A stretch of 64,000 nucleotides of DNA, from assembly GCA_963841565.1 (NCBI GenBank), contig CAWJCY010000006.1:288001-352000 (forward strand), written 5' to 3'. The position numbers and the translations under genes are program-made. The notes under the pieces are model-generated. The model was not told the origin of the DNA. It made no database searches and saw only the letters and a program-made list of their open reading frames with translations. Positions 22,841-32,064 of this stretch are shown here, piece after piece (within the stretch, counting starts at the first letter, position 1; each line of letters opens with the position of its first letter). The stretch is from an uncultured Nitrososphaerales archaeon. Its GTDB lineage: Archaea > Thermoproteota > Nitrososphaeria > Nitrososphaerales > Nitrososphaeraceae.

Positions 22841-23201
22841 ATGAAAGAATTGGATGTCTTTATCCGTTCAGAGCATCGTTCGAAAGTGACAGATATACTC
22901 CAAAAGAATAGAGCAGGCATCAGTTTTTTCGAGGTCCTTGGTACAGGGAGTACACCAAGTGCAGCTCCGGAAGTAGTACATTCATACAGAACTGGTAGAA
23001 CTACTGTCCCTGAATTCGTAACAAGGCTTTTGGTTATGACAGTCGTACCTGATTCTTCTGCAAAAAAAAATAGTCGACGAGCTCGTAAATAGTTTCGGTA
23101 AAACATCAGAGCCTTATAGAGTGCTCTTTGTGAAGGATGTCACTGAAGCTTATCAATTTGGTACGAAGGTAGTCGGGGAGGAAATCCTGACACCTAAATG
23201 A
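22841..23201 (+). CDS. P-II family nitrogen regulatory protein, +1 frameshift in A9 run (23062-23070)
   Basis: MKELDVFIR...GISFFEVLGTG; removing one A gives AKKIVDELVNSFGKTSEPYRVLFVKDVTEAYQFGTKVVGEEILTPK*, a P-II-like C-terminus. Confidence 0.8.
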
Positions 23202-23299
23202 CCCGAACCGTTGCAAAATCTAACCTCCTGTATAGGCGTTACTTTGTCGCTTCCACAACCTATGAACTATGAGCAGTTGTGTGGCTAATGGTTTAATGG

Positions 23300-23351
23300 G
23301 AATTCACTGATTCCACTACTCTAGACACTCAGAATTCACTGGTTCCACTAT
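23300..23351. repeat. Two-copy 20-bp direct repeat GAATTCACTG(A/G)TTCCACTA(C/T), 32-bp period
   Basis: Copies at 23300-23319 and 23332-23351. Confidence 0.75.
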
Positions 23352-23430
23352 TTGACAGGATTAATTGAAAAACCGGTCCGGTTCGCATAAATGTACGAGA
23401 TTAGAATGATGCAAACCGCCGAATCTCAAA

Positions 23431-25135
23431 TCAATAATAGTGATGCATAGGCCTTTGTTGTTTTCCTAGTCGATCGAAATAGTGATCATGCTTCTTGTCT
23501 CCTCCTGGATGTGAATGTTCTACACCATCAGCGTGAGTATGAGTCTGCATTTTTGGTTTAGCCATTAAAACATCATCTACGCGCAATAACATGCACGTTA
23601 CCTCCACAGCTGTTTTAAGGACTTGTTCTTTTACTATCGATGGTTCTATTACTGACGAAATGATATTCTCCACCTTTCTGCTTTTTGAATCAATTCCATA
23701 CCACCTAATCTTGCTGTTAGCAGGCAAGTGTTTAGATCTCAATTGTACTATCGTGTTGACGGTATCCATTCCGGCATTTCTAGCAAGCGTGGTTGGTATT
23801 TCCTCTAATGCTTCAGCAAATTTCTGAAGTACGAGCTGAACACGGCCTTTAATTAGTCTAGATCTATCTCTAATGATGGCTGCGACCTTCATTTCAGTAG
23901 CACCAGCTCCTCCAACAATTCGAGGTGATAGAATATAGTCTCTTAGAACAGCAAATCCGTCCAATGCTGAACGGTGGTACTCATCAAGTACTCTTTTTGA
24001 ATTTGCCCTCAACAAGAGAGTCACTGATTTAGGATTTTTACATTCATCGATAAAGACCATCTTGTCATCACCAACCAATTTTTCATACACTTTCCCTGCA
24101 TACCCCAAGTTATTAGATGGTATTGGGCCATTCAAATCTTTAACAACCTTTGCACCTGTTGATCTCTCCAACCACAACATATCATTTTCTTTAACTCTAT
24201 GAAGGGTGAGAATATCTGCTCTTGATAATCGCTGTTGAACTATTTTGTTTATTCCCTTCTGAGAAATCACGATATTCGCACCAGACTCTATAATATTCTG
24301 TACCTTTATTTCGAGTAGTTCGTATTCAGATTTGTAGTATTTCTCTAGCTGACCACATGATGATATATTCAATTCAGAATTAGTCCGAGTCCTGCTCCTA
24401 TCGAGTTCTTCGTTAGTTAAAAGTATCTTGGCGTTTTCAATCTGTTTGACCATGGTTGAAGCTGCAAAGGTCTTGTCAATCACCGTGCCTCTTATTAGGG
24501 TAGTATCAGAAGGGTTACCCAGTTTTTCTTCAATTTTGATATCGTCTATATCAATAGTCTTGTTTCTCAAATCTGAGATGCTCCAAACGGCCTCAACTAC
24601 TAGATCAGCGAGCACTATTATTTTCTCTAGCAACTATGCCTGAGATAGACCTAGTTTGAAGACAAGTCTCTGCCAACTTACTCATTACTTCTCTGTGTAA
24701 ACTGGCTGAGGATACTGAAATTTGACCGAGAGTTTGAAGTGAGATTTCTAAGCCTTTGAGATACCCATCAATTATAACTGATGGAGCGATTCCATAGAAC
24801 AACAGTTCTTGTGCCTTCGACAATAATTCTCCCGACAAGATGACAACAGATGTAGTACCGTCTCCTACCTCATTGTCTACTGCATTGGCCGCCTCTATCA
24901 GAATTTTTGCTGCAGGATGTTCAACATCAAGTTTTCGCAATATCGCTGAACCATCCTTTGTCACCGTGATCTCTCCCATAATATCGATATACACTTTTTC
25001 CAATCCACAAGGACCAAATGAATTTTTAATCAGGTTTGAGATCAATGTAGCTGCCAAGAGATTATACTGACGACTCTTGCCCTCTTGACTTCTGCCAAAA
25101 CCATCACCGAATAGCTGCTCCTTGCGTGGATCCAT
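23431..25135 (-). CDS. Divergent thermosome (group II chaperonin) subunit with His-rich C-terminus; one +1 insertion near 24615
   Basis: SFGPCG, TKDG, EHPAAK, VGDGTT, GGAGATE, VIEPSIVK; joined product about 567 aa; TATA-like box and GGAGG upstream of ATG 25135. Confidence 0.9.
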
Positions 25136-25496
25136 GTATCCTCCACGTGTCTGATTTGAACTATATAAGGCTTGTCTGATGAACGAATGAGAACGCCATC
25201 ACAGATAAATTGATTGGGATGCTCACTCAATAGATAATCGAAAATTTTGAATTTCAGTCACTTACTATTCAGATTATGATAAATTAAAACATAGAAATCC
25301 AATAATTGTTTTTTATTGACTGATTACATGTAGTATACGAATGTTCGTTCACTCTCATATCCGTAATTTACATTATTTGGCCTAAAATTTATATAATTTC
25401 ACGTTTAGAATTCAATGTGCAAATCGGTAGCATTGTTTCTACTAGTCTGACTAGTAGTAACGTACCTTTTGTAAAAATAGCTCTGGAGGTATCCTT

Positions 25497-27011
25497 TTGG
25501 TAGACGGATATGCGATTGGGGTCATCGCATTTTTAGCGCTTTCTGTTATTGTTGGGACTCTAACCTCGAAGCTTGTAAAGAAAAGCAGCAAAAGGTTTAT
25601 GATCGCTGGCAAAAGTCTGCCGCTCTTCTTCGTGGGGACTATGCTCGCTGCTCAATCTATCGATGGTAATTCTTCACTTGGAAACGTATCCCTTGTTTAT
25701 CAATTTGGATTCTGGTCAGGAGCCGCAATTCCAATTGGACTTGCTGCGTGCCTCATCTTAACGGCAATATTCTATGCAAAAAAACTTAATAAAATGTCAA
25801 TGCTTACTTTGCCCGATTTTTACTTTAGGAGGTTTGGAAATGCAAGTGAAGGCATTTCCGGAATCCTTATGATGATAAGCTTCGTAGTATTAGTAGCAGG
25901 CAATTTTGCGGCAACTGGATACATCTTGTCTGTCGTTTTACATATTGACTTCATATGGGCAATGCTGATTGGAGCGATAATCGTGTTGATTTATACCTAC
26001 GCAGGGGGTCTATTCTCCTCAGCTTATACAGACATTTTTCAAATATATTTAGCAATAGCTGCATTTTGGGCTGCATTTCTATTCTTCGCAGGAGGCTTTG
26101 CGGGCGTCAGCTTTGATACTATTCTTGGCAGCGCTCCACCTGGGTACTTGGATTTATCTGGACTAACAGATATGGGCAATGGTGCCCTTGTTAATTGGGC
26201 TGGAATCATGGCTTTGGCATTAGGAGACATTGTAGCATTGGATTTCATGGAAAGGGTGTTCGCAGCTAGAGACGGTAAAACCGCAAGAAGAGGAGCCTTC
26301 ATGGGAGCAGGACTAACAATATTAACTATCGTTCCCACAAGCATGATGGGAATTGTTGCATTATACTTTTTGCCAGATTTGACTGATCCCTATACTGCTT
26401 ATCCTGATCTAGCGATTAACCATGTTCCATTCGTTATTGGAGTAGCCCTACTCATGGGAGTCCTTGGTGCCTCGATGTCAACTGCAAATGGCGGTTTGCT
26501 CGCCATTTCCAGTGTCATGTCAAGAAACATTGTTCAAAGAACTATCTTGAAAAGGATACTGAAACGCCCAGGATTGGGAGATAAGAAACTACTGATGGTA
26601 ACACGTATTTTCACTATCCCAATGATGATAGCTGCGTTTGTACTTGCATACCTGATCCCGCAGCCCGGTGTTTATCTTATCCTAGCATTTGATATCGTAT
26701 TTGCAGGTGCTTGGGCTCCACTAACATTTGGTCTATTCTGGAAGAAGGCCAATACTCCTGCAACATTGGCTTCACTCATTATTGGATCATCCTTGAGGCT
26801 ATTGCTCTTCTTCGTCATTCCTGTCGAATTGGCTGGTCTTGATACATTAATACCTCCAGTAATATCTGTTATTATCTTTGTTGTAGTAGCTTTAGCGACC
26901 CAAAAGAAATATCCTGGCAGGTATGGAGTCGTTGACTATGTTCCACCAGAAGAAGATGTATTAAATGGAGAAGACTTGAAGGGATTCGTCGCACCAAATG
27001 CAGGGAAATGA
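25497..27011 (+). CDS. Sodium:solute symporter (SSS) family protein
   Basis: FMIAGKSLP, LTLPDFYFRRFG, YTYAGG...AYTDIFQ, ASMST, GLFWKKAN; about 13 TM helices. Confidence 0.93.
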   Translation: MVDGYAIGVIAFLALSVIVGTLTSKLVKKSSKRFMIAGKSLPLFFVGTMLAAQSIDGNSSLGNVSLVYQFGFWSGAAIPIGLAACLILTAIFYAKKLNKMSMLTLPDFYFRRFGNASEGISGILMMISFVVLVAGNFAATGYILSVVLHIDFIWAMLIGAIIVLIYTYAGGLFSSAYTDIFQIYLAIAAFWAAFLFFAGGFAGVSFDTILGSAPPGYLDLSGLTDMGNGALVNWAGIMALALGDIVALDFMERVFAARDGKTARRGAFMGAGLTILTIVPTSMMGIVALYFLPDLTDPYTAYPDLAINHVPFVIGVALLMGVLGASMSTANGGLLAISSVMSRNIVQRTILKRILKRPGLGDKKLLMVTRIFTIPMMIAAFVLAYLIPQPGVYLILAFDIVFAGAWAPLTFGLFWKKANTPATLASLIIGSSLRLLLFFVIPVELAGLDTLIPPVISVIIFVVVALATQKKYPGRYGVVDYVPPEEDVLNGEDLKGFVAPNAGK

Positions 27012-27204
27012 CTTTGTGAAGAAATGCCCTAATACAAAGGGAATGGTACCAGACACGATCATAATAGTGGATCTAAAATATGGGTTTATCTCGATAATCC
27101 AAACGAGATTCCTGTTCTATGTTGCCGGATTTAGCCTGAAGAATTGGTGAAGATATAAGACGTGCGATGACCCGGAAGAATGAACCCTATATACCATTTT
27201 CCTG

Positions 27205-27474
27205 TCAATGTGCATAGCGATCTAGATCTTCGTTCGCACTCCTTGGGTATTCAAATGTACCGTCTGGCAATATATCAAAATGCAATTCAATATGTTCATA
27301 ACAATAATTATTTTTACATTTTGAACACAGAGTAGTTGGTTTTTTAAAACAATTAACAATACCACATATCCCCTCCTTTTGAGACCTATGAGTCCATTCA
27401 TTTATCTCTGTTTGAGTTGGGTCGTCATTAAGGCGAATGAACAAATCTACCTCAACTTTAGGTGGTTCAGACAT
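27205..27474 (-). CDS. Small putative zinc-finger protein
   Basis: C-x4-C...C-x2-C-x4-C-x2-H pattern (CGIVNC...CSKCKNNYCYEH). Confidence 0.65.
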   Translation of the reverse strand: MSEPPKVEVDLFIRLNDDPTQTEINEWTHRSQKEGICGIVNCFKKPTTLCSKCKNNYCYEHIELHFDILPDGTFEYPRSANEDLDRYAH

Positions 27475-27530
27475 ACCTCATCTGAATTCGACTTGTCTGC
27501 GGTAGCAGTATTTTAATTTTGCATGCAAAC

Positions 27531-27578
27531 AAATGCAGACGACCAATAAGCAATGTGTCAGGCGTATTGGTCGCCTAC
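27531..27578 (-). repeat. Hairpin element, copy 1
   Basis: Minus strand GTAGGCGACCAATA...TATTGGTCGTCTGC forms 14 bp including two G-U pairs. Confidence 0.6.
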
Positions 27579-28086
27579 CCCCGTAACCCTTGATTGACAG
27601 TGGGTCTTTATGAGTGATTTAAACGTCCAAACTGCCAGTAGCGTATTGTACTACACATTATAAAACAATATTAGAAATAGGTAGGTGACAATTAATAGGA
27701 GCATGGTTTGAGGGTATCAACTACCAACTCTAGTAAAACCATTCAGTTTTTCGAAAAGCTGCATTATTGAGTCACGCGCTACACTCATTATTGATGTGTG
27801 TATGCTTGAGAAATCTGCTTTGAGTTGTCGGGGGTCCAAATTACAAAGAACATGTAAAGGACTTTGTTAAGAATTATCCTACAGCCAAGGGAAACGTACC
27901 AGACACAATCGTAATAGTAGACACCAAATATTGGTATATTTTAGATATTCCGAAAGATACCACTATTCCATGTTTCCAGATCTGTAGTACCACGGAAGAC
28001 ATAAACAGCAAATATCCACAAATATGAATCCCACAAACCATGCCCATGTCAACGCGACAAATACCAGGGTGTAAGATTATGATATG

Positions 28087-28133
28087 AAATGCAGACAACT
28101 ATAACATTTATGAAGCCAGTTTGGTCGCCTGCA
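28087..28133 (-). repeat. Hairpin element, copy 2 (degenerate)
   Basis: Shares AAATGCAGAC...TTGGTCGCCT ends with the copy at 27531. Confidence 0.55.
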
Positions 28134-28319
28134 CTGCCTTTTTGATATCAATTGGTAGAGTATACTCCAAACACAGTCGGATCTTAGATATCGGATAAGG
28201 GTTACTTCCACCGTTATTACTACCACCTTGTATTAACACAAATAGTTTCAAAGTCTCCAATTCTGATATTATCATAGTATTATCTCCAAACTATTGATAA
28301 GCGATAGCATCATTATAGT

Positions 28320-28514
28320 GTGTCAGAAAAAAATATGGGTAAATGGAAATGCCTGTGGTGTTCTAAAGTGTTGGAAGGAGAATCCCTTATGGATCTAATT
28401 GAGGTTTCTCGAAAGGAGGAAGGCGAACAGCATGTCCATGGCTGGGAAAATATTACTTTGGAAGGAGAAGTAATGGCAACTGCCATACTAAAGACTAAAC
28501 TATCTGCGGTTTAG
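28320..28514 (+). CDS. Small protein with CxxC...HxH putative zinc site
   Basis: WKCLWC and QHVHGW in 64 aa. Confidence 0.6.
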   Translation: MSEKNMGKWKCLWCSKVLEGESLMDLIEVSRKEEGEQHVHGWENITLEGEVMATAILKTKLSAV

Positions 28515-28561
28515 TTTTACTTTATTTTAGTATCCTGTTTACTAGTAAGTTCTCATAGAGT

Positions 28562-30175
28562 TTATTTCTTATTCGTATCTATTGGCAAACTAAATGTGAA
28601 TGTTGCTCCTACATCTCCGTCATAATTGTTATTCTCAGCCCATATACTGCCACCATGTTTTTCGATTATGCTCTTGGAAATAAATAGGCCCAATCCAGTA
28701 CCTCCTCCATCAGATTTTGTACCGAATTTTGTGAAAAGTTTTGGCAAAATGTCTGGATGTATGCCAGTCCCTGTATCTTTTATTTTGACAATAATCTTGT
28801 TGCTGCTCTCTTTTTGTTCAACAGTAACTTTGATGCGACCATCATTTGTGAACTTGAAAGCATTGCTTATCAAGTTATTAACAACTTGACAGAGCCTGCT
28901 TCTGTCTGCTACTATAATCGTAGCACCATCTCCTTGACATTCATAATGTATAGCTAGGTTGCTTCTATTGCCGTTCTTGATGCTTTGACGATACTCATTC
29001 AATATTTCTATGATCATCTTATCAAGGTCAAATTTTTCTTTCTTTAAAATAAGAGATCCGCTTTCAATTTTTGTAGCATCTAATATATCTTCTGTTAGTT
29101 GCATTAATCTTTTTGAGTTTCTAAGTATAATATCTAGCAACAAGTCCTCTTGCTGCACGGTTATTGGGATGCTTCTACTCTTTCCTTCTCTTACGGAGTG
29201 AAGATATTCAGTTAGTCCAAGTATTGGCTGTATAGGTGTTCGAAGCTCATGTGCTGCCACATTTATGAATTCATCTTTCAATCGATCTTTATGTTTTAAT
29301 TCTTCATTTGCATATTCTAATTCCTTTGTCAATTCATTTTGTTTTTTAATATAGCTCTTCAGAGATTCTACCATTGAATTAAATGAGCGACCTAAAACGG
29401 AGAGCTCATCACTTCCTGTGCCTTTAACTGAAACATCTAAATTACCTTTACCTATTTCAGACGTCGCGGCAGTTAGAGCAAATACAGGTTTTAGAATTCT
29501 CATAACAAGATATAGTACTACAGCAGCAACTGCAATGTTTAAAACTGCAAATATCCCTTGCAACATCATTGAATTCTGTGAACTGACTCTTGCGTACTCT
29601 CCTAATTCCGTAACTAACACATTAGACGAATTCAGTAATGATGATGCGCTAGTTTCAGTTGTTGCTTGTAGAGCTTCAACAGTTGGCGGTGTTATTTCAG
29701 CATTATTGATCCTTCCATTAGGTTGAATTATAGTATTTGTTAAGATCGTTTTTAGATAAACCCATTCTTGATAGATTTTATTCCAGTCTTCCAAAAATTT
29801 TGATGGCAGGGGTCTTAGATCTATATCTGATATCATTCCCCCTTGTTTTAATTTCAAGATGTTTGATTCTAGTTGGTTCATTGCGGAGCTAATTTTAGAC
29901 AGGTCAGTGCCATTTCCTACTTGGGAAAAATATTCTGAGAGCTCTAACATAAGGTTAGAAGTGAGAAATCGATTCTTACCTGCAATATTTATCGAGTTTC
30001 CTAGATGTGTATCTTGTGATTCGTAATAAGAAAGTATACTGAAGCTACTGATAACAAAACCAATTTGAATTACAACCAAAATCCCAATTTTTAAGCCTAT
30101 TTTAGAACGTATTGATCCTATTAGATTAGAACCGTTCTTCAATACTGATCGCCATTGCTGGTCAAGTGTTATCAT
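28562..30175 (-). CDS. Membrane sensor histidine kinase (NarX/PilJ-like sensor, HAMP, HisKA, HATPase)
   Basis: Two TM helices, INIAGKNRFL, DELSVLGRSFNSM, AAHELRTP, NLISNAFKF, DTGTGI, GTGLGL. Confidence 0.95.
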   Translation of the reverse strand: MITLDQQWRSVLKNGSNLIGSIRSKIGLKIGILVVIQIGFVISSFSILSYYESQDTHLGNSINIAGKNRFLTSNLMLELSEYFSQVGNGTDLSKISSAMNQLESNILKLKQGGMISDIDLRPLPSKFLEDWNKIYQEWVYLKTILTNTIIQPNGRINNAEITPPTVEALQATTETSASSLLNSSNVLVTELGEYARVSSQNSMMLQGIFAVLNIAVAAVVLYLVMRILKPVFALTAATSEIGKGNLDVSVKGTGSDELSVLGRSFNSMVESLKSYIKKQNELTKELEYANEELKHKDRLKDEFINVAAHELRTPIQPILGLTEYLHSVREGKSRSIPITVQQEDLLLDIILRNSKRLMQLTEDILDATKIESGSLILKKEKFDLDKMIIEILNEYRQSIKNGNRSNLAIHYECQGDGATIIVADRSRLCQVVNNLISNAFKFTNDGRIKVTVEQKESSNKIIVKIKDTGTGIHPDILPKLFTKFGTKSDGGGTGLGLFISKSIIEKHGGSIWAENNNYDGDVGATFTFSLPIDTNKK

Positions 30176-30654
30176 TATATCCGACTTTGAGGTATTTATC
30201 CTTTAATCTCCATATTAAGTGAAATTGGAATTACTTTCAGAATATTTATCATGATAGCAGGTTACTATTTGATGCAATAACTGACAGCTTTTTCAACCAA
30301 ACAGGACGTTAACTGGACCGCGTAGAACATCGAAGTGAGCAAGGCTTTGCAAATCAAGTCTTACTGGCTTATGTTGACGTGAAACCCTATACCAGTAGGT
30401 TTAAGAAATTAATCGCGAAAACGATTTCGCTGAAATTACTGACTCGTTCGTTGACTTTGAATATCTTCTAATTTCTCTTCCATTGCATTCACATATTGTA
30501 CTGAAGGACCATTTTCAAGTAAAACAAACTATGATCTTCTAGCTTCTTAGTATTATTTGCTATTTTGACTAGCCAAATATTAGACTGTTACAAGGTGAAT
30601 CAAACTTATCTTCTTGATACTGAGATTTAAATATGGATGGTGCCCATAGTAACT

Positions 30655-30727
30655 TGAGTAGAATTGGTATTGGGGTAAGGCCTCCAGATCTGTAATCCTC
30701 CTCAGTGTTCGATTCCTGACTACTCAC
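30655..30727 (+). ncRNA. tRNA-like element or pseudo-tRNA
   Basis: 73 nt; TGAGTAG/CTACTCA 7-bp acceptor stem, TCAG(T)G-TTCGATT-CCTGA T-arm, TTTAAATA box upstream; D and anticodon arms pair poorly. Confidence 0.45.
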
Positions 30728-31203
30728 TTCTTTTGCCAGTACACTTATTGCCTTGACCTAGTTTACTAATTTGAGTAATCTTTATTGTTTCAAGGAAAAT
30801 CTGTAATAGTAGGTTTCCCATGAGTCCCCATACAGCAGCTCAGTTGTAGTTATAGTTCACGGACTAAAGCTCATATACAAGATTTGACCTCGTCTGTTTG
30901 TTTAGCTATATGGGCAATAAAATTTGCCAATTTGGCCATAAATCACGCTCGTTTAGTCATACTCAGGACAAACTTATTATGGTATCAACTCTTTTATGGA
31001 ACCCTATTTGAGCAAGGTAAATCTATAGGTAGTAACTTACATTCATGCTTTCGATCAGATTTCATAATACCTAAGCTATTTTCATCTTATTTAATTAAAT
31101 CAAATTCCAAAATAGTAATGCTGCTTTCAAGCGTCCAATCCCTGACAAAGGCAGCAAATGGCAAAATGAAGCACAACTAGAAAATCCCTCAGCATTAGCA
31201 TCC

Positions 31204-31243
31204 GGGGCCACCTGGTCTTGCAGAATTTCTTCCAGGTGGCCCC
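31204..31243. repeat. Perfect 12-bp GC-rich inverted repeat GGGGCCACCTGG-N16-CCAGGTGGCCCC
   Basis: Read directly. Confidence 0.85.
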
Positions 31244-31379
31244 TTCATGATTGACCTTACCTAAAAATTAACTGGTTGACATATAAGAGGTAGAACAGTT
31301 AGGAAGAGATTAGGTTAACAATTCATAGCTATCTGTTGCGGTACCGCCGTAACTTAGATTGATTGTTCCAAAACCAAGA

Positions 31380-31960
31380 GAGAGAATAGTATCGAATCAA
31401 AAGTCAAATTCGCACCCATCATTTTTCTAAAATTTAGATATTAGTCTAAGGTTGTTTTAGCTTCCGGGGTACAGAAAGTCAGGTATTGCGGTCTTTCCTT
31501 CTTATATACTATAATCTGGTAAATACCTTATTTAGGTATCTCAAATGGGTGCTTGAACTCAAGATTTAGCAGACCCCTAATCCTTATACCCGAGCTTGCC
31601 AAAAGAAGGATAATAGCCCTATCTCTTTTTGAATGAGCAGAAGCAAATAGCTCGTCAATCTCCTCCCTTGTGTAAAGCCTATCCTCTACTACTGAGTAAA
31701 ATTCACCAATTCATTTCAAAGAAATGCTTTACTGCTACAAGGCGTACTCTAATAGTGACAGGAGCCATTTTTACTTCTCTGAAGTAAAATAAATTACATA
31801 ATCAGTGATCTTGTCCTACAATTTCTTTGCGGAATGTTCAATTAGAAGCTGCTCAAATTCAGTAAATGTCATGCATTTCATGAATTGATTTAGGTTTTGC
31901 AAACAGGCTTGTTGGTCTGTGGAGACTTTAAGGAATTATGAAATTGACCTAAAGCTACTT
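31380..31960 (-). pseudogene. Tyrosine recombinase/integrase remnant
   Basis: Manual translation: NSLKSPQT...VAVKHFFEMN...EDRLYTREEIDELF...RDRAIILLLASSGIRI...K*GIYQIIVY...YLTFCTPEAKTTLD*YLNFR; in-frame stops and no C-terminal catalytic half seen; boundaries approximate. Confidence 0.85.
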
Positions 31961-32064
31961 GTTATTGTTGCATTAACTATACAATAATAGGAACAGAGAT
32001 TAATTATTTATGTTAGGTATATTGCAGACCAAATATTAATTAGGTAAGCCAATACATTTAGTCT

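Noticed and set aside
23062-23070. A9 run in P-II as a phase-variation or programmed slippage site
   Set aside because: The same +1 pattern occurs in essential genes across the window, so a sequencing error is more parsimonious.
23300-23351. Possible mini-CRISPR array
   Set aside because: Only two units, a 12-bp spacer and no cas genes in the window.
25042-25230. 62 aa ORF as an N-terminal extension of the thermosome
   Set aside because: It spans the TATA-like box and GGAGG site preceding ATG 25135 and shows no chaperonin similarity.
21883-25496. Guanidine riboswitch upstream of the ureohydrolase or symporter
   Set aside because: I found no paired ACGR-loop hairpins or other recognisable guanidine aptamer by eye; an Rfam scan would be needed to exclude one.
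30884-31180. 98 aa ORF inside the mobile-element scar
   Set aside because: TTG start, no motif, and composition not convincingly coding.
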